Shown here piece by piece: positions 27,150-36,252 of a stretch of 64,000 bases of DNA. A program made the position numbers and the translations under genes. Position 1 is the first letter of the stretch. Each line of letters begins with the position of its first letter. The notes beneath the pieces are model-generated. The model saw nothing but the letters and a program-made list of their open reading frames with translations, was not told the DNA's origin and did no database searches. Source of the DNA: a phage; assembly GCA_024673055.1 (NCBI GenBank), contig GCA_024673055.1_4537.1. The stretch is one strand, 5' to 3'.

Positions 27150-27651
27150 ACGTAAACGTGGTGAACAAAGAACAAACTTGGCAGAAATCTTAGATTACAA
27201 CATGGTTAATGATGTGACAAAAGAAATTCTGCCTGTTGTAGAAGATATTCTTCAAAGAGGGTTACGATTCTGCTCGGATCGGGTGCATTTCATGTGGACA
27301 CATAAAAGTGACTCCGCTTTGAATTTCTATCCTTTGGATTATACTCTGAACAATACAGAGATGAAAGATATCAACAAATACTTAATGGGATATAAAGATA
27401 TAACCGAAACTGTTCTTGGAGAATTGGCAGAAATCTTGGCTAACGATATTCTTAGAAATATTAATAAGGCTCTTGACAGAAGCCCAGCAGGAGTAGTAGT
27501 ATCTTTTGCTGTGCCAGATATGGTTAAATATGAGTCTACAATACCTAATAAAGCTTATGCCTTTCTTCGGAGAGACGTTCGTGGAAATGTGTTGGAGATG
27601 GAGTCAAACTACAAGATTGAGGAGGTTTTATGGCAGAGTTCGGATCAGTAA
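27139..27651 (+). CDS. hypothetical protein
   Basis: 170-aa ORF; start uncertain (GTG 27139 or ATG 27199). Confidence 0.4.
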   Translation: MIPKRKRGEQRTNLAEILDYNMVNDVTKEILPVVEDILQRGLRFCSDRVHFMWTHKSDSALNFYPLDYTLNNTEMKDINKYLMGYKDITETVLGELAEILANDILRNINKALDRSPAGVVVSFAVPDMVKYESTIPNKAYAFLRRDVRGNVLEMESNYKIEEVLWQSSDQ

Positions 27652-27920
27652 CAAGTTTTGAAAGTAACTTCGTTACCGCTTGGGAAGCTTGGGATGAAAT
27701 GGGTGTTGGGGAACTTTATTTTTACAATGTAACACTACGTCCAGAGTATGCTTACCTGGTACCAGAAGGAACAGTTCAAATTGGCATGTATCTGTCTTCT
27801 CAAGATGGTGTTGTTCAATTTGAGTTTTATTCAAACACAACGGACAACGAATTTACATATCGTGCATTTCATGTCAACATGTCTTTAGGAGAGGAGAAAT
27901 TTTATGACGACCAAGTTTAA
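27630..27920 (+). CDS. hypothetical protein
   Basis: 96-aa ORF, GAGGAGG SD. Confidence 0.45.
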   Translation: MAEFGSVTSFESNFVTAWEAWDEMGVGELYFYNVTLRPEYAYLVPEGTVQIGMYLSSQDGVVQFEFYSNTTDNEFTYRAFHVNMSLGEEKFYDDQV

Positions 27921-28101
27921 AACAGTAGAAGAAGCCGTAAAAGCAGCTTATGAGGCTTTAGCGGAAGCAGAGCAGTTAGCAGATGAGACTGGTAAAGGTT
28001 TCCGTTTCTCCCCTGAATATGGGATGGGTGGCTATTATGATCCAGAAGATGAAAATGAGAATACTGGAACAAATTGGCATCCATCTTCTTTAAGTTGTTA
28101 A
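27904..28101 (+). CDS. hypothetical protein
   Basis: 65-aa ORF, GGAGAGGAG SD. Confidence 0.4.
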   Translation: MTTKFKTVEEAVKAAYEALAEAEQLADETGKGFRFSPEYGMGGYYDPEDENENTGTNWHPSSLSC

Positions 28102-28112
28102 TAGGAGGTAAA

Positions 28113-28388
28113 GTGGGAATCGAAGATATCAAAGGTTATAAGGCGCATACTGACGATAAGATTGGCAAGGTTAACGCTATTAAAGATGCAGAAGAGCGTT
28201 TAGGTTTAATCTTCAAAGCTTTAGAGGAAGAGTATTGTGAAGCATATCATGGGTCTTTTGACGGCACAGAAAAAGAATTAGATCTTGCATACGAACGTAT
28301 TGATCAAATCCGTTGTGCTATTAAACATTTAAAAGAAGCTAGTATGTGGGCTTGTCGTTCAGTTTTCCAACCAGAGGAGAAATACTAA
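28113..28388 (+). CDS. hypothetical protein
   Basis: AGGAGG then GTG 28113. Confidence 0.4.
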   Translation: MGIEDIKGYKAHTDDKIGKVNAIKDAEERLGLIFKALEEEYCEAYHGSFDGTEKELDLAYERIDQIRCAIKHLKEASMWACRSVFQPEEKY

Positions 28389-28606
28389 TGAGTGATCGTA
28401 ATGTTGAAGAATTAACTGAAAAAGCCCAAGCTATTATGGCTTTAGTGGACGAACTTACAAAAGAAGCTGAAGATGCTGGTTTTGGTCTTAGTTTAGAAAA
28501 TGACGCAATCTGTTTTGAAGATTGGCAATCCTCTTCTTGTTATGGTGAAGGTGATGATGGTTTCGTCGTTAATTCTCAAGGCGTTTGGCACAGTAGTAGC
28601 TGTTAA
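28388..28606 (+). CDS. hypothetical protein
   Basis: GAGGAGAAATACTA then ATG 28388. Confidence 0.4.
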   Translation: MSDRNVEELTEKAQAIMALVDELTKEAEDAGFGLSLENDAICFEDWQSSSCYGEGDDGFVVNSQGVWHSSSC

Positions 28607-28615
28607 GGAGAGATT

Positions 28616-28888
28616 GTGGAGTCTGAAGGCGAACTGCTGATAAAAAAGAAAGTTAAAGAGATGGAACAAGCACAAAGAAAGTTTCGTAAGGAGATTGAAG
28701 AACTTTGTGAACAGTTTCAGGAACAAGCTTGGATAGGTGACTACGGTAACGGAGAAACTTATTACCCTACAGGAACGCCAGCCGCAGATCACTATATTGA
28801 TTTCATTTGTGAAGATTATGGTGTAGAGTTGGATGAAAATGGTTTAACCACAAGAGGTGTTTGGATCTCTTCTTCCTTAATGTGTTAG
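28616..28888 (+). CDS. hypothetical protein
   Basis: GGAGAGATT then GTG 28616. Confidence 0.4.
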   Translation: MESEGELLIKKKVKEMEQAQRKFRKEIEELCEQFQEQAWIGDYGNGETYYPTGTPAADHYIDFICEDYGVELDENGLTTRGVWISSSLMC

Positions 28889-28897
28889 TAAATAATA

Positions 28898-28919
28898 ACC
28901 CGCTTCGGCGGGTTTTTTA
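28898..28919 (+). terminator. intrinsic terminator (UUCG tetraloop)
   Basis: ACCCGC-TTCG-GCGGGT followed by TTTTTT. Confidence 0.65.
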
Positions 28920-28922
28920 TTG

Positions 28923-28951
28923 ACAGGAATCTGGAAGCTTGATAAACTTAA
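28923..28951 (+). promoter_or_regulatory. sigma70-like promoter (TTGACA-17-TAAACT)
   Basis: -35 TTGACA 28923-28928 immediately after terminator; -10 TAAACT. Confidence 0.45.
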
Positions 28952-28978
28952 CCTATCAACCAATAGAGGAGAAATATT

Positions 28979-29920
28979 ATGGTGTTAATTGGTAGCCGTG
29001 CATTGCAAATTCATGCTATGGACATGGGAAAAGACTTGTATCGCCCTTGTGTAGATTTAGATTACCTGTGTACAGAACAAGAGTGGGAAGAATTATTAAA
29101 AATGTTCTCTCAAGAGGAGTTTGTTGAACTTGTAGAACGTAAAGGAAACAAAGGCCATGTCAAAATGATAGCTGGTGCACATTTGGAATACGATATTGCT
29201 TCTCAAGGAGATAGCACAGAAGCTTTGATTAGTTATTGTGAAGATTCTGATGATGTTCGTCGAACTTACGCTGGACATGTTGTTGCTCCTTTAGATGTGC
29301 TCTACCTTCTTAAAATGAGTCATCGTTTTAAAAAGGATAGTCCTCACTTCTTTAAAACTATGAAAGATATTCATTTCATGCGGTCACTGGGCGCAAAGAT
29401 CCCAGAAAATCTTAAGAGTATTTATGAGTTGCGTGAGAAAGAAACATACACTTACTCTCATCCGAACTTAAACGTAAAAAGTAAAGACTTCTTTAAAGGT
29501 GATGAGGTTCCGTATGTTTATGATCATGATTCTATCCATGAAGCAATCTCGGTAATGGATGCTCCAGCATATAAATCTTATATGAAAGATGGAAGTGAAG
29601 TTATGACCAGCAAAGAAAAGTTTTTTGCTCAACCAAAACATGTGCGCCTGTTAGGTGTTTATGAAGAAGCGTGTGTTTTGGCTTTGGAACGTTCACAAAT
29701 CCCTTTCGGTGAAGAGATCGGAGGTCCAACCCCTAAGCAAAGTTTTATAATGGCTTTATCTAAAGTCTGCACATCCATCACTAGTGGTTGGTTTAGGGAA
29801 TATGCTTGGGAAAACTTTTATGTTGTTACTAAGCTATATGAAAACATGGGCGAAAACGATTATGTTGAACGTTTTAAAGCTAATCAACATGTAGTTAAGC
29901 CTTTTGAAGGAGGTTATTAA
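28979..29920 (+). CDS. hypothetical protein (possible minimal nucleotidyltransferase fold)
   Basis: 313-aa ORF; N-terminal LIGSRAL...DLD loosely resembles pol-beta-type NTase GS...DxD; weak. Confidence 0.45.
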   Translation: MVLIGSRALQIHAMDMGKDLYRPCVDLDYLCTEQEWEELLKMFSQEEFVELVERKGNKGHVKMIAGAHLEYDIASQGDSTEALISYCEDSDDVRRTYAGHVVAPLDVLYLLKMSHRFKKDSPHFFKTMKDIHFMRSLGAKIPENLKSIYELREKETYTYSHPNLNVKSKDFFKGDEVPYVYDHDSIHEAISVMDAPAYKSYMKDGSEVMTSKEKFFAQPKHVRLLGVYEEACVLALERSQIPFGEEIGGPTPKQSFIMALSKVCTSITSGWFREYAWENFYVVTKLYENMGENDYVERFKANQHVVKPFEGGY

Positions 29921-29921
29921 T

Positions 29922-30317
29922 ATGTGTGGATATCTTTCAGAAAGTTATTTCAAAGTGACCCATGAGGATTTAGAAAAAGCACGATTGAAACTGACAGCTA
30001 TTATTGAATACTCTAATACTGTTGATCACAGATTAAAGACTACTAAAGTATCTGTTCCTTGTTGGTTAGGTTTACGGCATAAAACAATGTCTCAGCATGA
30101 CCATGTTGTTCGAGAGATGCATGGTTGGTGTTGGTTTCACGATGTGGCTCTGCATTTTGGTTATATTACAGAAGAAGAGCATAGATTCTGTGAACTAACA
30201 TATCGTATTCCAACCCTTCACGATTTAGATTTGTGGAAGAAAGCAAACGAGATTTTTCTTACAGAAAGTGATTGGCGTAAAGTTATGGCTTGTCTTGAAT
30301 GGAGGGGTAATGAGTAA
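29922..30317 (+). CDS. hypothetical protein
   Basis: AAGGAGG then ATG 29922. Confidence 0.45.
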   Translation: MCGYLSESYFKVTHEDLEKARLKLTAIIEYSNTVDHRLKTTKVSVPCWLGLRHKTMSQHDHVVREMHGWCWFHDVALHFGYITEEEHRFCELTYRIPTLHDLDLWKKANEIFLTESDWRKVMACLEWRGNE

Positions 30318-30993
30318 AACAGTTTTGTCTATGTTTGACGGATCTGGGATCATGGTGTTACGTTATGCCGAAGCAGGTCACAAGTGTTTTTGTGTAAACG
30401 CTGATGAAGGGGATCACGGTAAATACGAGGTTAGGATGGAGCACCCAAACATAACCTATGTGAATGCCTGGATAGATTCTACATTCAACCCTGAAGATCA
30501 TGGGATACCTAAACCCGATATTATTTTTGGATTTCCACCCTGCACTATGTTAGCAGGTAGTGGTAGCAAACACGAACGTAGCACAGAGGAATTAGATGAA
30601 GCTTTAGCTAATATTCGTGTAGTGGAAGCTTTGGGTAACAAATATAATGTTCCTTGGATGATTGAGAACCCAGTAGGTAAACTTTCAACCTTATGGCGTA
30701 AACCCGATTTTTACTTTGATCCTTATGAGTATGGTGGGTATTTGTTTGAAGAGGAAGGAAGCTTTCATCCTAAAATGCCTACCCGTGATGGGTATACAAA
30801 GAAAACTTGTATTTGGCACGGCAATGGTTTTGTTCAACCAGTGAAGAAACCAGTAGATCATATAGGCTGCTTCTGGGGTTGGAAAAGCTTAGGTGGAGCT
30901 AGTGCAAAAACAAAACAACTTAGATCACTAACCGCACGTGGTTTTGCTCGTGCAGTGTTTTTGTCTAACAATCTTCTAGATAAGGAGAAATAA
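30310..30993 (+). CDS. cytosine-C5 methyltransferase-like protein (minimal, PCT variant)
   Basis: Start ATG 30310 after GGAGG; FDGSG (motif I-like), FGFPPCTMLAG (motif IV PC(Q)-like), IENPVGKL (motif VI ENV-like); no obvious target-recognition domain. Confidence 0.45.
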   Translation: MSKTVLSMFDGSGIMVLRYAEAGHKCFCVNADEGDHGKYEVRMEHPNITYVNAWIDSTFNPEDHGIPKPDIIFGFPPCTMLAGSGSKHERSTEELDEALANIRVVEALGNKYNVPWMIENPVGKLSTLWRKPDFYFDPYEYGGYLFEEEGSFHPKMPTRDGYTKKTCIWHGNGFVQPVKKPVDHIGCFWGWKSLGGASAKTKQLRSLTARGFARAVFLSNNLLDKEK

Positions 30994-31646
30994 TGTCAAA
31001 TTCAAAACCAGTGGTTGCTTATCAAGTAGATCGTAATGATGGTGAAGGAAGTGTTGTTATTTTCAGTACACACGGTCTTGAGGCTCGTCGAAAAGGTGCA
31101 TATCGTTTAGAATGTGAGTTTGAAGACTGCACAAGCCACCGTGTCAAACAATTCGATCAATATGCTGATAAAGGCTTCGTCCCTATCAAAGCGTTACTGG
31201 AAGATGGTTGGTGGGTATATTCTGCTTTTGATTACTCAAAACTGGAGGAGTCAGCTTCGTGCGCCTCCGAGATCGAATATGATGATTACTATGACACTCT
31301 ATACCTTCCAGAATGGCTTGTCTTTTCTCCTGATGAGAGAAGTGTCTGGAAAACGTGGGAAGAAATGGAGAGACATGCGTATAGCATCAATGAAGCTTTA
31401 GATCGTAAAGCTTGGTTTATTGAGGCAGTAAAGGCGGCATACCCCCAATTCTCATTCTGTGATTTCACTGGTGGCCCAGGATACATTACACATACAGCCT
31501 CTTTTGAGTTTCCTGGTTCACGTTATAAGGGTAATGTTTATTGGGACTGGGATGAAAATAAACAACCTTCGGCTCAAGACTTCCGTTGCTATGTTTGTCA
31601 AGGTGATCAAGAAGCCCTTGACAAATACCTTGAAAGTCTGGTATAG
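30993..31646 (+). CDS. hypothetical protein
   Basis: 217-aa ORF, AAGGAGAAATA SD. Confidence 0.5.
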   Translation: MSNSKPVVAYQVDRNDGEGSVVIFSTHGLEARRKGAYRLECEFEDCTSHRVKQFDQYADKGFVPIKALLEDGWWVYSAFDYSKLEESASCASEIEYDDYYDTLYLPEWLVFSPDERSVWKTWEEMERHAYSINEALDRKAWFIEAVKAAYPQFSFCDFTGGPGYITHTASFEFPGSRYKGNVYWDWDENKQPSAQDFRCYVCQGDQEALDKYLESLV

Positions 31647-31654
31647 TGCCGATA

Positions 31655-31690
31655 TCTGAACAAAGCCTCCTGTTTCAGGGGGCTTTTCTT
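31655..31690 (+). terminator. probable intrinsic terminator
   Basis: GCCTCC-tgtttca-GGGGGC stem-loop followed by TTTTCTTTT. Confidence 0.45.
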
Positions 31691-31704
31691 TTATAGGAGG
31701 GAAT

Positions 31705-32190
31705 ATGTTTCAAGTAAATGTCAATGTGCATAATAGTTACTCTGATTGTGAAACGTGTGGCTATAATTCATCTAATGTTATTCGTATTAGTGGCGATTTA
31801 GGAGAAGCTTCTTTTGGAGAAGAAGCAAGTTGCTTTAGTGGTATGGATGCAGAATGGAATGATATTGCACATTGGTTAGTGAGCAAACTAAAAGAAAAAG
31901 AGAAACCATTTCCTACTCTGCTTGATCGTTCTCTTGTGGAAGATGCAGGTAAAGCATATGCAGACTATGCGTATGCAGACGGGAAATATTTGGAAGATGA
32001 TAAGGCTAACCATTTGCTTTATGTTTACTATGAAGCTGAATCTGCCTACGATAATTATTACAGCATGTCTAACATCCTACGTCTGTTTGCAGAGTTTGAT
32101 ATTTATTTCGAAGTAGAATTTTCAGAAGATGATACTTACGAGTACAATTCTTATGATCCATTTGAGGAGGAAGAATGCCAAGACGAGTGA
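31705..32190 (+). CDS. hypothetical acidic protein
   Basis: 161-aa ORF, AGGAGGGAATATG. Confidence 0.5.
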   Translation: MFQVNVNVHNSYSDCETCGYNSSNVIRISGDLGEASFGEEASCFSGMDAEWNDIAHWLVSKLKEKEKPFPTLLDRSLVEDAGKAYADYAYADGKYLEDDKANHLLYVYYEAESAYDNYYSMSNILRLFAEFDIYFEVEFSEDDTYEYNSYDPFEEEECQDE

Positions 32191-32990
32191 TTTTTGTAAG
32201 TGGTGCAGGTTTAAGTGCAGACAGTGGGATTCGAACATTTAGAACAGACACAGATAGTGGTCGTGCTTTATGGGAAGAATATGATTTAGAAGAGGTCTGC
32301 GATATTGGAGCTTTCCAAGCAGGTTATCGTGTTAGAACATCTCCAGATCTTCCAGTGGTCGGTGGTGTAGACGAGAACGGTATGGATTTGTATGCCAAAA
32401 CACACGAATTTTATAACAAAAGACGTGTTGAGCTTAAAGATGTACAACCTAATGCTGCACATATTCAAATAGCAAAGTGGTTTAAGGAATATCCTAACCA
32501 AATAGTAAACTTGACAACAAACGTTGATGATCTACTAGAGCGAGCAGGTGTAGACAGAGATTCTGTTATTCACGTACACGGATATCTTCCTGAAGTAGTT
32601 TACCGTATGCATCCTGGAGATTACAAAACACTGGTAGATATTGGTTACAATAGTATAAACATAGATGATTATAACTGGGTGAAGCCTAATGTTGTATTTT
32701 TTGGTGAGGCTGCACCTTTGTATGCAGATATGGCTCACTTGTTCGATACTTTGACCATGCAAGATTTGGTTGTAGTAGTAGGATGTTCAAACCAAGTTAT
32801 CAATTTTAATTGGGAATTATTTCCTGCACTTAGTATGGGTACAAAAATGGTTGTAGTTAACCCTGGAGTTAATTACGAAGAAACACTTCTCTATGAAGAT
32901 CGTGGAGTTTTTGTTTACCGAGAAAAAGCTGCAACAGCCTTCAGCAATGAAGGTTTCATTAAAATGGTCGAAGACCACTTAAACAAATAA
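32175..32990 (+). CDS. SIR2-family (sirtuin-like) NAD-binding protein lacking zinc module
   Basis: FVSGAGLSADSGIRTFR matches sirtuin GAGxSxxSGIPxFR; NVDDLLERAG and HVHG motifs present; no CxxC zinc ribbon. Confidence 0.65.
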   Translation: MPRRVIFVSGAGLSADSGIRTFRTDTDSGRALWEEYDLEEVCDIGAFQAGYRVRTSPDLPVVGGVDENGMDLYAKTHEFYNKRRVELKDVQPNAAHIQIAKWFKEYPNQIVNLTTNVDDLLERAGVDRDSVIHVHGYLPEVVYRMHPGDYKTLVDIGYNSINIDDYNWVKPNVVFFGEAAPLYADMAHLFDTLTMQDLVVVVGCSNQVINFNWELFPALSMGTKMVVVNPGVNYEETLLYEDRGVFVYREKAATAFSNEGFIKMVEDHLNK

Positions 32991-32998
32991 ACCACTCA

Positions 32999-33024
32999 AG
33001 GGGGCTTCGGCCCCTTTCTTATTA
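32999..33024 (+). terminator. intrinsic terminator (UUCG tetraloop)
   Basis: GGGGC-TTCG-GCCCC followed by TTTCTTATT. Confidence 0.6.
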
Positions 33025-33034
33025 GGAGAATAAA

Positions 33035-33307
33035 ATGACTGAAGAAATCCGTGATTACTACCTTGCACATTACGTTTACTACTTTGCCAATGCTACACAA
33101 AAAGGGGAAGGTAATCTTTACTTGGCAACAGGACATGGAACAGGCGTTAGGAAATCAAATATTGATAATGCCTTGGCTCAAGTGGCTGCGGGGCTAGAAG
33201 ATAAACTTCAAACACCTGTAGTTGTAGTGATGCAAAATATAAGTTACCTAGCAAGTTGTACTGAAACCGAATTTAACGCGTCTGAGACGCAATCTAACGA
33301 AGAATAA
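33035..33307 (+). CDS. hypothetical protein
   Basis: 90-aa ORF, AGGAGAATAAA SD; last + strand gene before strand switch. Confidence 0.45.
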   Translation: MTEEIRDYYLAHYVYYFANATQKGEGNLYLATGHGTGVRKSNIDNALAQVAAGLEDKLQTPVVVVMQNISYLASCTETEFNASETQSNEE

Positions 33308-33310
33308 AAC

Positions 33311-33337
33311 AAAGGCACCCAAGTGGGTGCCTTTTCT
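33311..33337. terminator. bidirectional terminator at convergence point
   Basis: GGCACCC-AAGT-GGGTGCC hairpin flanked by T-tracts on both strands between converging gene blocks. Confidence 0.6.
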
Positions 33338-33376
33338 ATTTTAGAGCGTCTCTGTTCGATTTAGGTGGGTTCTAGC

Positions 33377-33607
33377 TTACTTGTGTAGTGCTCTCTCGTA
33401 TAACTCAATGATCAATTCATCCTCTACTGTAATACGCGCCATTTGATCCGTCTTAAGTATTGTTGGTTGGTAGTGGTGCATTTCACTATTGATACTACAA
33501 TCCCATTCGTCATAACCTAAATACTCTCCTACATGGACCTTAACCATAAAGGGAAACGGGTTATCTACCAAAAATGCCATACAACCTTCTTCGATTTTAT
33601 TTAACAC
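33377..33607 (-). CDS. hypothetical protein
   Basis: Track ORF; start ambiguous. Confidence 0.35.
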   Translation of the reverse strand: MLNKIEEGCMAFLVDNPFPFMVKVHVGEYLGYDEWDCSINSEMHHYQPTILKTDQMARITVEDELIIELYERALHK

Positions 33608-33698
33608 ACGACCTCCTATTGCTACAGATATGAAAAAACCCGCCGAAGCGGGTTCTATTGCTACGATAGGATCACTATCCTATAGTATTGTTTCTGTG

Positions 33699-33980
33699 TC
33701 AAGCCTTAGCGTAGAAAAACTTCTCATATTCAGATTTTGTTACGATTGTGGGGCAATCTTTTGTTCCATCCTCGATAACAGGGGCTTCTACCATTCTGGT
33801 GTTGAATAAGCAATAAGTTCCACGCATGTAAATACCCAGTTTTGTTTCTACGATGTGCTCTTTACTTACACTTGAAAACTTAATCTCACCATCGGAGTCT
33901 CTTATAGCAATAAGCGCATGTTCAGGCCAATCTTTTCCTTTTGCTCCTAAAGCATTATACAATTCTTGAACGAGTTCCAT
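33699..33980 (-). CDS. hypothetical protein
   Basis: 93-aa track ORF in same-strand array. Confidence 0.45.
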   Translation of the reverse strand: MELVQELYNALGAKGKDWPEHALIAIRDSDGEIKFSSVSKEHIVETKLGIYMRGTYCLFNTRMVEAPVIEDGTKDCPTIVTKSEYEKFFYAKA

Positions 33981-33992
33981 ATGACCTCCTTA

Positions 33993-34166
33993 TTAAATAA
34001 CAAATTTTTCTTCTTCTGGCTTATCGTAATCTGGAGAATAAACATGTGCGGGATTAAAACCTTTAAAATTTCCGCGACCTTTACGTGGACAGTTGAATGT
34101 GCGAGCTTGATGATCCCCAAAAGATTTCCCACAATGCATACATTTAAAATCAGTGCGTTTAGTCAT
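33993..34166 (-). CDS. small zinc-ribbon protein
   Basis: AAGGAGA SD then ATG 34166; CMHCG...CPRKG Cys pairs. Confidence 0.4.
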   Translation of the reverse strand: MTKRTDFKCMHCGKSFGDHQARTFNCPRKGRGNFKGFNPAHVYSPDYDKPEEEKFVI

Positions 34167-34218
34167 GCCATATCTCCTTTTAAAAGGCTGCACCTATTGA
34201 AGATGCAGCTTTGATAGA

Positions 34219-34320
34219 TTATTTAGATGAGTCTAAAATGTCTTTTACTTTTGCCGTGATAACGTCTTGATATTTGTTAATAAGATAGCCTACAACTACA
34301 CCTACGATAAATGAAACCAT
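34219..34320 (-). CDS. small membrane protein (33 aa)
   Basis: AAGGAGAAATA then ATG; single hydrophobic helix; below track cutoff. Confidence 0.3.
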   Translation of the reverse strand: MVSFIVGVVVGYLINKYQDVITAKVKDILDSSK

Positions 34321-34329
34321 TATTTCTCC

Positions 34330-34938
34330 TTATTTAAGTGGTGAGAGAACAATCTCTCGGTTTTTTAAGAACCAAAGCACGTCATCTTGATCATAGTCTG
34401 ATCCCTCTGTAGTAGAATTTTTGATAGAATCAAAAAACCAACGAGGTATACCAAAACAACTTCCAGATGACTGCATGTCTTTCTGCGACATTTTAAATGT
34501 GATTGGAAAATCACAATTATCAATCTCTCGGATATCTGCTGAAGATAAGATTGTAACTTCGACCAGTTCGTCGTTAGATGTAGTATCGTTGTCTTCCTGA
34601 ATAATGTCAAATGCTTTTTGCACATCTTTTGCATCTAATGTTAAACCTGTGGCTTTCTGAAAAGCCGAAACAAAAATTAGAGCTTCTTCAGAGCAAGGGG
34701 CTTCCAGCAAATGAGCCATAATAGGTGACAAGCAAATGTTAAGATCTTTGTCATACCAACGAACAATCCACACAGGCGTTGCTCCGTTTTGTTTGTCACG
34801 AGCCAAAATTGTAACGTGCTGACCTTCTTCTGGTATATGATACAAACCAGAAAAACCAGGACCCGTAGTAGATTTTTTGACACGCGCTACGTGTCCAACT
34901 TCTAAAGGATCTTTACCATCCCAAATCTTCTCTTCCAT
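34330..34938 (-). CDS. hypothetical protein
   Basis: 202-aa ORF with AGGAGG SD. Confidence 0.55.
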   Translation of the reverse strand: MEEKIWDGKDPLEVGHVARVKKSTTGPGFSGLYHIPEEGQHVTILARDKQNGATPVWIVRWYDKDLNICLSPIMAHLLEAPCSEEALIFVSAFQKATGLTLDAKDVQKAFDIIQEDNDTTSNDELVEVTILSSADIREIDNCDFPITFKMSQKDMQSSGSCFGIPRWFFDSIKNSTTEGSDYDQDDVLWFLKNREIVLSPLK

Positions 34939-34946
34939 ATAACCTC

Positions 34947-35210
34947 CTAAATAACATCTTTGAAATAGTGAATCACTTCAATATTATGGTACAAAGTGCT
35001 TCGCTCTTTTGTGTACTCTGTTTTAGTAACAAACACTTTTGCAATACCGTACTTATGCGCTGGTAGGCTTGGATTGGTTTGCATAATTTCTTTCACTACA
35101 CTTATAGTTTCGTGCTCGGATTCCCAATAAGTGAAGTAACCCTCACTATCAACGATTAAAGACTCGTTTTCAAGATCTACAAAACAGAAAAATATTGACG
35201 GATGGCTCAT
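34947..35210 (-). CDS. hypothetical protein
   Basis: 87-aa track ORF. Confidence 0.45.
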   Translation of the reverse strand: MSHPSIFFCFVDLENESLIVDSEGYFTYWESEHETISVVKEIMQTNPSLPAHKYGIAKVFVTKTEYTKERSTLYHNIEVIHYFKDVI

Positions 35211-35374
35211 TCTTTTTCTTCAACCTTCCTCAAAGCTTTTTGATCGAATATAGCGTGTTGCAACTCCCCGTTTTCATCAAACCAAGTTACTTTACAAGAT
35301 TCACCATAACTTTCTATTACTGTCATTTGTTTGTTTGCACCTTTAAGACAAACAACATCACCTACTTGCATCAT
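35207..35374 (-). CDS. small hypothetical protein (55 aa)
   Basis: AAGGAAC then ATG 35374; fills gap between ORFs. Confidence 0.3.
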   Translation of the reverse strand: MMQVGDVVCLKGANKQMTVIESYGESCKVTWFDENGELQHAIFDQKALRKVEEKE

Positions 35375-35820
35375 GATTGAGTTCCTTTTTGTTTTTCAAT
35401 AGCTGCACGAATTTCTGCTAAAGGCTCTGCTACCAGATCTTCAACTTCTTGGATTTGTTCATTCATTACGTCACGAACCATTTGAATCCGCTCTTCAAGG
35501 GAAACAGCAAGTTCATCTGCATAAGCCATATTAAGAACGTGGTAGAAATTTTCTTGTGCACTTAAAGCACCAGATAACAAATAATCCTGATCTTCCTCTG
35601 GTAAAAGCATGTGTTGCTCATATTCAGCAAAAGTGTTTTTGTTAATCTCAAGTAAAGCACCCATCATAACATCATACTGATAATCTTTATGACCAGGGTT
35701 GTTTAAAATAACATCTTCAAAGATATTAAGAAGAATCTTAGTAACAAAAGCATTGTTTTCGGCACCTTCCATCTGACGGATTACCGTGATTACTTCTTTT
35801 TCTTTAGCGTTTTGGCTCAT
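35371..35820 (-). CDS. hypothetical protein
   Basis: 149-aa track ORF. Confidence 0.5.
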   Translation of the reverse strand: MSQNAKEKEVITVIRQMEGAENNAFVTKILLNIFEDVILNNPGHKDYQYDVMMGALLEINKNTFAEYEQHMLLPEEDQDYLLSGALSAQENFYHVLNMAYADELAVSLEERIQMVRDVMNEQIQEVEDLVAEPLAEIRAAIEKQKGTQS

Positions 35821-36010
35821 AGTGTTTCTCCTCTGATTCTATTTGGATATAACCTGTGGTTTTGCACGGGTTACACTCGTAAATTTGACCTACGTCCGCC
35901 ATAACATATCCTGCACCACCACAATAGGGGCAAGGCATAGGAGGACAAGGTATGGACGTAGTGATTGTTACGACATTATCAATTTCCAACATTTTCGCCA
36001 TTACTACCAT
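35804..36010 (-). CDS. small zinc-ribbon protein
   Basis: CPPMPCPYCGG...CNPCKTTG. Confidence 0.45.
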   Translation of the reverse strand: MVVMAKMLEIDNVVTITTSIPCPPMPCPYCGGAGYVMADVGQIYECNPCKTTGYIQIESEEKHYEPKR

Positions 36011-36252
36011 TCCGCTATTAACGTCAAACCAAGTGCATCGTTAAAACGCTCAACATTTGAGTATAGGTATGGAGGGGTTATTTGCTCTAAAATTTGTGCT
36101 GCTTCCACTTGGTGTTCTATGTTTTGAGAAGTTCGGGCATAAACTAAGACACCCATTTTATTCAAAATAAAAACAGAATCAGACCCATCCAGCTTATCAA
36201 CGGCTGCATACATTTTAGTCATATTTTCTCCTGGATTACCATTCAGCAACAA
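36004..36252 (-). CDS. hypothetical protein
   Basis: 82-aa track ORF; C-terminal ...LIAEW shared with next ORF. Confidence 0.4.
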   Translation of the reverse strand: MLLNGNPGENMTKMYAAVDKLDGSDSVFILNKMGVLVYARTSQNIEHQVEAAQILEQITPPYLYSNVERFNDALGLTLIAEW

